From: a virus | Lineage: Duplodnaviria > Caudoviricetes | Reading direction: 5' to 3' (one strand) | Virus record (IMG/VR): IMGVR_UViG_2799112420_000002 | Coordinates: 1,598 to 65,597 of that record | DNA length: 64,000 nt | Part shown: piece by piece, positions 8,091-15,916 of the stretch | Layout: each line of letters opens with the position of its first letter | Position numbering within the stretch: the first letter of the stretch is position 1 | Notes under the pieces: generated by a model | Told to the model about the DNA's origin: nothing | The model's input: only the letters and a program-made list of their open reading frames with translations | Database searches by the model: none | Made by a program: the position numbers and the translations under genes

Positions 8091-8741
8091 ATGGAAAAGA
8101 AGATTCTGAAGGTCCGCGTCACGATGTTCGAAGAGATCCTTGGAACCGCAAGCGCAAATCCGGAAATCCACGAGGAGTTTATCGCCAGTAAAGCGCCGGA
8201 CGCTCCCAGCCGGGAGGAAGAGGTCGCCGCGATCGGCGCGGAGGAAGTGTTCGAGAAGGGCATGACGGTGTTCCCGCGGGGCGCGGATGGAAAGCCCATC
8301 GCCTGGGATTATCAATGGAAAGGTTTCTTCAAGGACGCCTGTGCGGCTCTGCGGAAGGTGCCGAAGAGCGAGTGCGGAAAGATCAAAGCCTATAAAAAAG
8401 AGATCGATGGCTTAATTTTTCCGGAACCCAGGATGATTCCGATCAAGTTTGACGGCGAAATTGGCATCTGCCAGCGTCCTCTGCGCGGCCAGACGGCCCA
8501 GGGCGAGCGGATCGCGCTGGCGAGCTCTGAGAGCATTCCCGCGGGCGCTACGATGGAGTTCACAATCAAGCTGCTTCTCCCGGATCACGAGAAGGCCGTT
8601 CTTGAAATGCTGGACTATGGTCAGCTGCGTGGATTTGGTCAGTGGAGAAACAGCGGGAAAGGCCGTTTCTGGTTTGAGGCATGGGATGAAAACGGAAAGC
8701 TGATCTCCAGCAATCTTCCCGCTGATGAAGCCGCTTCGTAA
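8091..8741 (+). CDS. Stand-alone Cas7/RAMP-like protein
   Basis: N-terminal beta strand KVRVTMFEEILGT, RAMP-type helix P.AWDYQWKGFFKDAC, and C-terminal glycine loop GQLRGFGQWRNSGKGRF. No other cas gene in the window. Confidence 0.75.
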   Translation: MEKKILKVRVTMFEEILGTASANPEIHEEFIASKAPDAPSREEEVAAIGAEEVFEKGMTVFPRGADGKPIAWDYQWKGFFKDACAALRKVPKSECGKIKAYKKEIDGLIFPEPRMIPIKFDGEIGICQRPLRGQTAQGERIALASSESIPAGATMEFTIKLLLPDHEKAVLEMLDYGQLRGFGQWRNSGKGRFWFEAWDENGKLISSNLPADEAAS

Positions 8742-8763
8742 CGGACAAGCTCGGCTTCCTTTT

Positions 8764-9330
8764 GAAGGGCATGGGAGCGGCACGGACGAGTTCCGAGCTG
8801 CGGTGGCAGAGTACAGAGCAGTCAGCCCAGCGCAGATAGGCCGGGAAGGGAGCTGCTGAGGCACGGAAGCGAAGCAAACGGAGATGCGGCGGCACAGCGC
8901 CGGATCGAAGGGCCGGGATTCGCACAGCAGCGGAATGGAAAAGATCAGGAATGGACAGCACCGGCATGGAAGCGCAGGGCAGGGATCAGCAATGGATGAG
9001 CGGGGCCTATCATCGCAAAGCACCGGAAGAGTGAGGAGAGGCATAGTACCGGATGAAAAGGAAGAGGAGAGAACCGCATAGAGCTGCACGGGGCGACGAG
9101 AAGCTGGGTATTGAAAAGAAAAGGAGATGCGATGAGCGGACCAGCGTGGGAATAGCTCAGTTGGGATACGCTGGGAATCGAAAAGATCAGTTGCGGAAAA
9201 GCGTGGAAGGGCATCGTGCGGCATAGGAGTGCTGTGAACAGAAATGGAAAGGAGAGGCGGCTCAAAGACATGAGACGAAACGGATCTGCATGGTGCAGAA
9301 AGGATGCGCTGGGTAAAGCGTAGGTTAATG
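8764..9330 (+). repeat. Non-coding pentamer-periodic array, (G-N-W-N-N)n, putative guide-RNA array
   Basis: G every 5 nt in long runs, e.g. 8825-8865 (9 consecutive), 8892-8937 (10), 9150-9195 (10), 9196-9256 (13), 9283-9323 (9). Phase slips are mostly +1 at GG doublets. Confidence 0.85.
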
Positions 9331-9355
9331 GAAATAATACTGTAGGAGTAGGCCA

Positions 9356-10072
9356 ATGAAAGAGTGGTTCAAAGCTCAGAAGAGTTGGGGTGCAGCGATT
9401 CAGAGCCTTTCCGATGTCGAAGTGGGACGTCTGATGAAAGCAGTGTGGCATTACGCTACTACTGGTGAGCAGAGGGATCTTTCTGGAGGAGAAAAGGTGA
9501 TCTTCGCTTTAATCACAATGGAGCTGAGCCAAAATGAGGCTAAGGATGCTTTGATATCAAAGAAGCGATCGGAGGCTGGTTCACTCGGAGGAAAACAACG
9601 GGTAGCAAATGCAAGCAAATGCTATCAAATTCAAGCAAATGCTACTTTTGCTAAGCAAAATGTAGCAAAAGAATCAAATGCTTCTAATAAAGAAGTAGTA
9701 GTAGAAGTAGTAGAAGACGATAGTAGTTTATTTATCAACAGTGAAGAAGCAGGGATTATACGTAGTGAACATGAGAGAGTACTTGATGCTGCAGAAATAG
9801 CTGGGTTTGATAGAACAGACTACGTAAGGAGTAAGCTGATCGACCTGTATGCAGACAATGGCCTGGAAAAGATGCTGAGCGCTATAGAAGCATGCGCGGA
9901 GCACGGAGCTCCGACCGTCGCGTATCTCAAGGGCGTCCTCAAAGGAGGCCCCAGGAAGCAGAGCCAGAACAAGGCTGTTCCTGCGCAGCAGTACGCGCAG
10001 CGAGACTACTCCGGAGCTGACGAAGAGGCCATGAAGCGGATGCTGGAAATGGCTGAGGAAAACCGCGCATGA
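9356..10072 (+). CDS. Replication initiator (DUF6291-like N-terminus, DnaD-like C-terminus)
   Basis: SLSDVEVGRLMKAVWHYA N-domain; C-domain ...AYLKGVLK; internal iterons. Confidence 0.8.
   Translation: MKEWFKAQKSWGAAIQSLSDVEVGRLMKAVWHYATTGEQRDLSGGEKVIFALITMELSQNEAKDALISKKRSEAGSLGGKQRVANASKCYQIQANATFAKQNVAKESNASNKEVVVEVVEDDSSLFINSEEAGIIRSEHERVLDAAEIAGFDRTDYVRSKLIDLYADNGLEKMLSAIEACAEHGAPTVAYLKGVLKGGPRKQSQNKAVPAQQYAQRDYSGADEEAMKRMLEMAEENRA
9601..9685. repeat. Iterons inside the initiator gene (likely phage ori)
   Basis: AGCAAATGC-like units at 10-bp spacing, plus an inverted TTTTGCT, in AT-rich context. Confidence 0.7.
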
Positions 10073-10440
10073 CGGCCGTGGAAACGCAGTGCGGAACCTG
10101 CGAATACTCGAAGAAGAATGCAGGGAACATGGTCTACTGCATTCTCTTCGGGATTATCATTCACGCCAGGCACACAGGGTGTAAGTATCACAGCGGAGGA
10201 CATGATGAGCAAGTACGGGAACAGGAAAACGACGATGTTCGGATTTACATTCGACAGCAAGCACGAAGCGGAGCGGTATCTGGAGCTTCGGGCCATGGAG
10301 CGGGAGGGAAAAATCATGCACCTGGCCACGCAGGTCCCGTTCGAGCTGATTCCGATGCAGCTGGACAAAAACGGGAAGATTCTGGAGAGACCTACCCGTT
10401 ACATCGCGGACTTCACGTACTGGGTCCGAGACGGAAATGA
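10069..10440 (+). CDS. Cys-rich hypothetical protein; the 3' part overlaps the next gene
   Basis: CGTC..C..C N-terminus, coupled to the initiator stop (ATGA). The long overlap is doubtful. Confidence 0.4.
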   Translation: MTAVETQCGTCEYSKKNAGNMVYCILFGIIIHARHTGCKYHSGGHDEQVREQENDDVRIYIRQQARSGAVSGASGHGAGGKNHAPGHAGPVRADSDAAGQKREDSGETYPLHRGLHVLGPRRK

Positions 10441-10555
10441 CGCCAGCGGTTTCCGGTATGTTGTCGAAGACGCCAAGGGATGTAAAACCGAGGTTTACCG
10501 GCTGAAGAAAAAACTGATGCTGCTGATGCACGGCATCCAGGTGCAGGAGGTTTGA
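10202..10555 (+). CDS. DUF1064-like PD-(D/E)XK nuclease
   Basis: SKYGNRK..FDSKHEAERY...YIADFTY...VVEDAKG. Confidence 0.85.
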   Translation: MMSKYGNRKTTMFGFTFDSKHEAERYLELRAMEREGKIMHLATQVPFELIPMQLDKNGKILERPTRYIADFTYWVRDGNDASGFRYVVEDAKGCKTEVYRLKKKLMLLMHGIQVQEV

Positions 10556-10556
10556 A

Positions 10557-10952
10557 ATGGCAAAGTCGCTGAGGGAAATGAGACGGATGCAAGCGAGGAA
10601 AGACGCGCATCTTGTCCGCATGATGGAAGCCAGCCCGGTTGAAAGGCAGAAGGCGGCGCTCTTCCGGAACGGGATCACGTTCAAGGACGTGGAGACCGAG
10701 AAGAAAGCGGCGTTTTCGGAAGGGCGAAAGCTCGCGGAGGAGTTTTCATTCCACACGATCTATGCAGCCGTTCTGATCACCATGGTAGAGCATCATGGAT
10801 GGGATCCGGACGCGGCTGCGGATCTCCTGCGGGAGATTGATAAACAGGTGGTTCTCTGCGTCGAGGATCAGGATCTGGCCAACGAGGCCTTTGAAAAAAC
10901 GGGGATCCATCTCCAGTGGGATGATCCGATCGAAAGAATACAGGAGGGATGA
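10557..10952 (+). CDS. Hypothetical protein
   Basis: Operon-coupled ORF, 131 aa. Confidence 0.6.
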   Translation: MAKSLREMRRMQARKDAHLVRMMEASPVERQKAALFRNGITFKDVETEKKAAFSEGRKLAEEFSFHTIYAAVLITMVEHHGWDPDAAADLLREIDKQVVLCVEDQDLANEAFEKTGIHLQWDDPIERIQEG

Positions 10953-10955
10953 CTT

Positions 10956-11384
10956 ATCAATAAGCTCACTATCATCGGAAACCTCACCCGCGATCCGGAA
11001 TTGCGGACCACAAGCGCAGGGATCAATGTGTGCTCTTTCTCGGTTGCCGTAAACCGCAGGAAGACGCAGCAGAACCAGGACCCGGGAGCCGACTACTTCA
11101 ACGTGTCTGCATGGCGGCAGCTGGGCGAAAACTGTGCGAAGTGGCTGATCAAGGGGAGAAAAGTGTGTGTTGTTGGTCCCGTAACTGTCCGGATGTACAC
11201 ACGCAATGACGGCACACCCGGCGCGAGTATGGAAGTCACAGCGGAAGATGTCGAGTTTCTGTCATCTGCGCAGGACCGGGAGCAGGATTATCATTCTGAG
11301 CCCGCTGCACCCGCAGCGCAGGAACCGAAGAAAGATTCATCCGGAATGACACCGGTGGACACACCGGATGATCTGCCGTTCTAA
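10956..11384 (+). CDS. ssb: Single-stranded DNA-binding protein (apparent ATC start)
   Basis: (I)NKLTIIGNLTRDPELRTT...DYFNVSAW...C-terminal DDLPF. RBS GGAGGG lies 7 nt before ATC at 10956. Confidence 0.9.
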   Translation: MNKLTIIGNLTRDPELRTTSAGINVCSFSVAVNRRKTQQNQDPGADYFNVSAWRQLGENCAKWLIKGRKVCVVGPVTVRMYTRNDGTPGASMEVTAEDVEFLSSAQDREQDYHSEPAAPAAQEPKKDSSGMTPVDTPDDLPF

Positions 11385-11404
11385 AACTGTTCCGGAGGTA
11401 GGTT

Positions 11405-11905
11405 ATGAGCCCGCAAACACTGACGGAGATACTGAAGAGGTACAGGGTGTCAATCATGAGGTGCATCTATCTGCAGGATCAGCTGAAAATGCTGGACGGG
11501 TTCCTGAGAAAGTGCCAGGGTGAAATGATAGAGGATCAGGTGACCATGAGCCAGGCGATCACCGGCATGCCGCATGGAACGACCGTTGGAGACCCTGTGA
11601 GTCGGCTCGCAATCGACATTGCCTCCGGGGAGATCACACCATTCGTCAAAGAGATCCAGGAGGAAATCCGGCAGGTTAAAGCGGAACTTGAAAAGCTCTC
11701 CGCTGAAGTGCGGACAGTGGAAACTGTCCTGAATGCACTGAACGACCGGGAACGGAAGCTGTTCGAGATGAAAATGATCGACCAGTTTTCATGGCCGGAG
11801 ATCCTGAGCCGGATGAACCGGGAATACAACAACAGCTACTCAAAACGGACCCTGCAGCGGCTCCTGGAACGGGCGATGGATAAAGCGCAGGAAACCGTAC
11901 AGTAA
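11405..11905 (+). CDS. ArpU/RinA-like late transcriptional activator
   Basis: C-terminal sigma-region-4-like HTH (LNDRERKLFEMKMIDQFSWPEI). Confidence 0.65.
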   Translation: MSPQTLTEILKRYRVSIMRCIYLQDQLKMLDGFLRKCQGEMIEDQVTMSQAITGMPHGTTVGDPVSRLAIDIASGEITPFVKEIQEEIRQVKAELEKLSAEVRTVETVLNALNDRERKLFEMKMIDQFSWPEILSRMNREYNNSYSKRTLQRLLERAMDKAQETVQ

Positions 11906-11914
11906 GGAGGAACG

Positions 11915-12295
11915 ATGATGTTTAAGCAAGTGGAACCGAAGAAGCAAAGGCACTGCCCACCGGCCGGAACAGGAGCTTATGTCCGGGTTGCTCCCAGGTT
12001 GATCCTGATTAACAGCGAAGCCGGGCGGCAGTGGGGAAATCATATCACCTGCAATGTGAGTATTGATGCTCCGAATAAGGTGATGGTGTTCTCGCCGGAT
12101 GGACCGTGGAAGCTGTCAACCGTCTGTGAGACGAAACACGCAAAGCGGATTGAGAACCGGACCGCGGTCAACTGTTTCCTGGAGGCGGGCTTTCCGAAGG
12201 GGCTGCTGGGCCATTATCTCCCGTGTCACGTCGGTCTGGACGGGTCGCTGATTGTCAGCCTTATGGTTGATTACGACAAGATCAAGAGCGCATAA
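11915..12295 (+). CDS. Hypothetical protein
   Basis: AGGAGG RBS, 126 aa. Confidence 0.55.
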   Translation: MMFKQVEPKKQRHCPPAGTGAYVRVAPRLILINSEAGRQWGNHITCNVSIDAPNKVMVFSPDGPWKLSTVCETKHAKRIENRTAVNCFLEAGFPKGLLGHYLPCHVGLDGSLIVSLMVDYDKIKSA

Positions 12296-12381
12296 GCGCG
12301 GAAACGGGCAATATAATCCGCGTTTTTGCAGATAATCAGCAAAAACGGCAAATAAAATGTTCGAAATGGAGGGTATCAATC

Positions 12382-12672
12382 ATGAGACTGTTTCCAGCGG
12401 AAAACAAGTGTCCGGAGTGTGGGAAATACTTTTATGCCAGAGATCCATGGGGATACGTCAGGAATGATAAAAAGTACTGTACGTGGACCTGCTTCCGGAA
12501 ACACGACAACCGGAAAGCCCGCTCGGAGGGAAGCAGCAAACGCCTGGGAGAGCGGGAAAAGAAAGAGATCATGGCGCTGCTCAGCGATGGAATGAGTCCG
12601 CAGCGGATCTCTGACATGGTGGGTGTGACAATTCAGGCGGTCATTTACTACCAGAAGAAGATTGGAGCGTGA
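12382..12672 (+). CDS. Zn-finger plus HTH protein
   Basis: CPECG..YCTWTC N-terminus; C-terminal HTH (MSPQRISDMVGVTIQAV). Confidence 0.7.
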   Translation: MRLFPAENKCPECGKYFYARDPWGYVRNDKKYCTWTCFRKHDNRKARSEGSSKRLGEREKKEIMALLSDGMSPQRISDMVGVTIQAVIYYQKKIGA

Positions 12673-13067
12673 TGGAGATGACCAGCCTGGAGCAGAAGCG
12701 CGTCAGGGCGATCAAAGGCTTGGAGTCCTGCATCGAGTCAGAGAAGAATGTGTTCTGTCCGGAGGACTGCCCGTACAGCGATATGTTCGATCAGCGCACC
12801 TGCCAGCAGCATTTGTACGAGGATCTGCTGGAATTGATAAAGCCGCGCATCATGACCCTGGAGGACCTGGTGAACTGGGACGGCGCGTTATGGATTGAAA
12901 CTGGAGACGGCGGCAAATGGGCCATAATTACCGGCACGAACGAGTATGTTGCTTTTATGAATCAGGACGCGTTGCGGTTTGCGCCGTACAGGCTCGAAAC
13001 ATACGGAAAGGAATGGCGCTGCTGGACGAGCCGTCCGCTGGAAGGACAGGAGGTGCCCTGGACGTGA
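12669..13067 (+). CDS. Hypothetical phage protein
   Basis: Coupled ORF ending YGKEWRCWTSRP. Confidence 0.6.
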   Translation: MMEMTSLEQKRVRAIKGLESCIESEKNVFCPEDCPYSDMFDQRTCQQHLYEDLLELIKPRIMTLEDLVNWDGALWIETGDGGKWAIITGTNEYVAFMNQDALRFAPYRLETYGKEWRCWTSRPLEGQEVPWT

Positions 13068-13297
13068 CGCGGGAGGAATACGAAGCTGAACAGAACAGGA
13101 GACGGGCCGATAAAGAAAAGTATCCGTGGATCTGCTACCAGATGTTTGGCTGGCACAACATCCAGTTCCTGACCGAGAAAGAGGCAAAAGAGACGATCCG
13201 GTTCTATAAACTGCAGAAGCATAGGAATGCATGGATCCGGAACGGAAAACAATCAATCCATATGTGCAGGAGGGACGGCAATGAAACCGTTCAGTGA
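13064..13297 (+). CDS. Hypothetical protein
   Basis: GTG start overlapping the previous stop codon. Confidence 0.45.
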   Translation: MTREEYEAEQNRRRADKEKYPWICYQMFGWHNIQFLTEKEAKETIRFYKLQKHRNAWIRNGKQSIHMCRRDGNETVQ

Positions 13298-13616
13298 GAT
13301 CAGGAATGATAATAGGTTCCAGAGCAGGGGCGCTTCCAGTGACGGCGGGGACGGATGGGTGACGATCAAAGGCGCTATCTTCGTGGTGGTTTATTCCAAC
13401 GGCGGCGGTTGGGACCATGTGAGCGTCAGCCATAAGAGCCGGTGCCCAACCTGGGCAGAGATGTGCATCATCAAGGACATCTTCTTCGAAGAGGAAGAGT
13501 GCTGTGTGGAGTATCATCCGGCGAAATCAAACTATGTGAACATCCATCCGAACTGTCTGCACATCTGGAAGCCGCAGAACAGGTCTATTCCGGTTCCACC
13601 AAAGATTTTTGTTTGA
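13281..13616 (+). CDS. Conserved phage protein (WDHVSVS..CPTW.EMC family)
   Basis: GWDHVSVSH..RCPTWAEMC..YHP..YVNIHPNCLHIW. Confidence 0.7.
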   Translation: MKPFSEIRNDNRFQSRGASSDGGDGWVTIKGAIFVVVYSNGGGWDHVSVSHKSRCPTWAEMCIIKDIFFEEEECCVEYHPAKSNYVNIHPNCLHIWKPQNRSIPVPPKIFV

Positions 13617-13632
13617 GAGGGAGGGTATCGAG

Positions 13633-13995
13633 ATGGCCATGAAGGCATATTCCGTTTCGGACGCAAACGGAGACACGGGATACAGTTACATCATTTACGC
13701 TGAAACCAGGGGGAAGGCGATCCGGTACGCTCTGGACCACTGCGACGGGGCTTTCGACTGGTATACATGGACCGAGATGCGGGCGATCAGGGAGCCGAAT
13801 CTGGACCAGTATTATCATGGGAAGCAGGAACTGGACTGGTTCAATGATGCGGACAGGATCATCATGGTGAGATACGCAGGATTTTACTGTTCTTACGAAT
13901 TTGATCCTGAGCCAGGAGAGTGCGAACAATGCCCAGCACACGAATGGTGCGGCCGGTACGAAAGAATGATGGAGGACAGAAAGCATGGTGCATAA
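13633..13995 (+). CDS. Hypothetical phage protein
   Basis: RBS before ATG at 13633; C-terminal Cys cluster. Confidence 0.6.
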   Translation: MAMKAYSVSDANGDTGYSYIIYAETRGKAIRYALDHCDGAFDWYTWTEMRAIREPNLDQYYHGKQELDWFNDADRIIMVRYAGFYCSYEFDPEPGECEQCPAHEWCGRYERMMEDRKHGA

Positions 13996-14293
13996 GATCA
14001 AGATCCTGGATGTCTTTGCGGACGCTGTATGGAGTGGGGAGAAAACCTTCGAGATCCGGATGAACGACCGGAATTATCAAAAAGGCGACATCATCGAATT
14101 CAAGGTTGTTTATGAGACGGCGATTGGGTACCGGGAAAGCTACGGTCACCCGCTCAATGGAGAAAAATACCAGATTACCTACGTACTGTCCGGATGGGGC
14201 ATGAAGGACGGCTACGTTGCATTCGGAATCAGACGGATGCAGAACGACGAAACCGATACACCAAGGAAGAGAAGAGCAAGGCCGGACCCGTAA
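13985..14293 (+). CDS. ASCH/DUF3850-domain protein
   Basis: HKIKI..FADAVWSGEKTFEIRMNDRNYQKGD. Confidence 0.85.
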   Translation: MVHKIKILDVFADAVWSGEKTFEIRMNDRNYQKGDIIEFKVVYETAIGYRESYGHPLNGEKYQITYVLSGWGMKDGYVAFGIRRMQNDETDTPRKRRARPDP

Positions 14294-14320
14294 AGAGGGT
14301 CGTAAAAATCGGGGGTGTAA

Positions 14321-15310
14321 TTGATGGCCATTGATGCAAAGCAGAGCTTTTTGGGCCAGGTCGAGCGCGGATGCGCGGACCGGCTGACAGTAACAGATCT
14401 ATCCGGTCTGATGGGGATCATCAGCGACGTGCTGCAGGGATTCCGAATGGAGGAGCTGCGGATAATAGACGGAACGAGTGAGAACGACGATCTGCTGGAT
14501 GCTTTCATTGCATCCATGAAAATCCAGGGGAGAAGCCCCAAAACGATCGCCAGATACACATACGAGATCGGGAGGTTTATGAAGTTTGCCAAAGTCCAGA
14601 CCAGGCAGGTCAACGTTTACCATATAAGAAACTGGATCACGGCAAACAAAAACAGAGGGCTTCAGGACTCTACGCTTGAGTCTCATCGACAGGTGGTGAG
14701 CGCGTACTTCGGGTGGCTGTTCCGTGAAGGATTGATTGAAAAAAATCCAATGGCGAATGTGGGAGTTATCAAAGTTCCAAAGAAACAGAAAAAGATCTAT
14801 TCAGATATCGACATGGAGAAACTGAACGCAAACGCCAAGACACTGCGAGACAGAGCGATCATTAACTTTTTACGGTCCACCGGATGCCGGATCAGCGAAA
14901 TGACAAGCCTGAACAAGGACAGCGTGGATCTGAACACTTTGGAATGTGTTGTACACGGCAAAGGGAATAAGGATCGAGTTGTGTACCTTGACGAAGTCAC
15001 CGGGATGCTGCTGGAGAAATACCTTAAAAAGCGGAAGGACACAGAGGATCCGCTGTTTATAGGGAAACGGAAAGAGCGCCTGGAACCGGGCGGCGTAAGA
15101 ACGATGCTGAAAACGCTTGGCAAGAAATGCGGTGTGGATCACGTCCATCCGCACAAATTCCGTCGGACGCTGGCGACGGAATTGGCCCGGAAGGGGATGC
15201 AGATCCAGAAGATCGCCGGGCTGCTGGGCCACGAGAAACTTGACACGACGATGAAATACGTAATCAACAACCGCGAGGACATGAAAGCGGATTATCGGAG
15301 GTACGCATGA
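14321..15310 (+). CDS. Second tyrosine recombinase (XerC/D-like)
   Basis: TGCRISE, GKGNKDR, HPHKFRRT, LLGH and TTMKY motifs. Confidence 0.92.
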   Translation: MMAIDAKQSFLGQVERGCADRLTVTDLSGLMGIISDVLQGFRMEELRIIDGTSENDDLLDAFIASMKIQGRSPKTIARYTYEIGRFMKFAKVQTRQVNVYHIRNWITANKNRGLQDSTLESHRQVVSAYFGWLFREGLIEKNPMANVGVIKVPKKQKKIYSDIDMEKLNANAKTLRDRAIINFLRSTGCRISEMTSLNKDSVDLNTLECVVHGKGNKDRVVYLDEVTGMLLEKYLKKRKDTEDPLFIGKRKERLEPGGVRTMLKTLGKKCGVDHVHPHKFRRTLATELARKGMQIQKIAGLLGHEKLDTTMKYVINNREDMKADYRRYA

Positions 15311-15492
15311 TCAAAGACCTGACAAATCTGGTCCAGGCAATCAAATGCTGCAGGAACGAAAACTGCAATAAATGCCCGATGCAGTTGCAGATCTGCGACG
15401 AGTTGTTTGTTGAAATGGTAAGCATACCGGTGGAGCTGCTGAAAATGATCGAAAAAGAACTGGAGCGGGTACAGAAACATGTCACCATGTAA
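15307..15492 (+). CDS. Small Cys-rich hypothetical protein
   Basis: CC..NCNKCP; coupled to the upstream gene. Confidence 0.5.
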   Translation: MIKDLTNLVQAIKCCRNENCNKCPMQLQICDELFVEMVSIPVELLKMIEKELERVQKHVTM

Positions 15493-15661
15493 AGACTGCG
15501 GGAAGCGCTGCGTCGGATGTCACGCGAACTGTGAGGATTATGATGCCTGGAAAGAATCCAGGCGGCCGGGAATTGCTGAAAGGCAGCGGCAACGGGACGC
15601 GGAAAGGTACCTGCTCCAGCGGGTTCAGCATGATATCTGGCGGTACATGCGTCGCCGATAA
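15479..15661 (+). CDS. Small Cys-rich hypothetical protein
   Basis: PCKDC..RCVGCHANCEDY. Confidence 0.6.
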   Translation: MSPCKDCGKRCVGCHANCEDYDAWKESRRPGIAERQRQRDAERYLLQRVQHDIWRYMRRR

Positions 15662-15679
15662 ATGAACAAATAAGCGTGA

Positions 15680-15916
15680 ATGGTGGTGAGGAAAATGTAC
15701 GATGAACACATCCAGATGATAAATGATTGGTTCAAGCAACACGATGATTACGGAACGTATCACGTAGATGACGAATATGCTGTACGGATTGGCGATATGC
15801 GTGAGTTCAGAGATTTGATTGCCGAGATACCAGATCTTATTTATATTCCGTGCGACTTTGGAACAGAAGGAATATTCTTCACAACTGAGGATTTAAACAA
15901 AGCGAGGTATTACTGA
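15680..15916 (+). CDS. Hypothetical protein
   Basis: Acidic 78 aa in an AT-richer segment. Confidence 0.5.
   Translation: MVVRKMYDEHIQMINDWFKQHDDYGTYHVDDEYAVRIGDMREFRDLIAEIPDLIYIPCDFGTEGIFFTTEDLNKARYY

Noticed and set aside
8742-9355. Canonical CRISPR array next to the Cas7-like gene
   Set aside because: No identical 23-47-bp direct repeats separated by unique spacers, here or elsewhere in the window.
8412-9451. Minus-strand ORFs of 314 aa (8412-9356) and 168 aa (8945-9451), and plus-strand 8884-9081, over the pentamer array
   Set aside because: Low-complexity S/P/L/F/C/R text arising from the pyrimidine-rich antisense strand, which lacks stop codons. They oppose the operon direction, overlap real genes and lack RBSs. 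Period-5 structure argues against coding.
14321-15310. Boundary of a second, nested prophage or ICE
   Set aside because: No att-like repeat or tRNA nearby, and gene order continues uninterrupted as one phage early operon.
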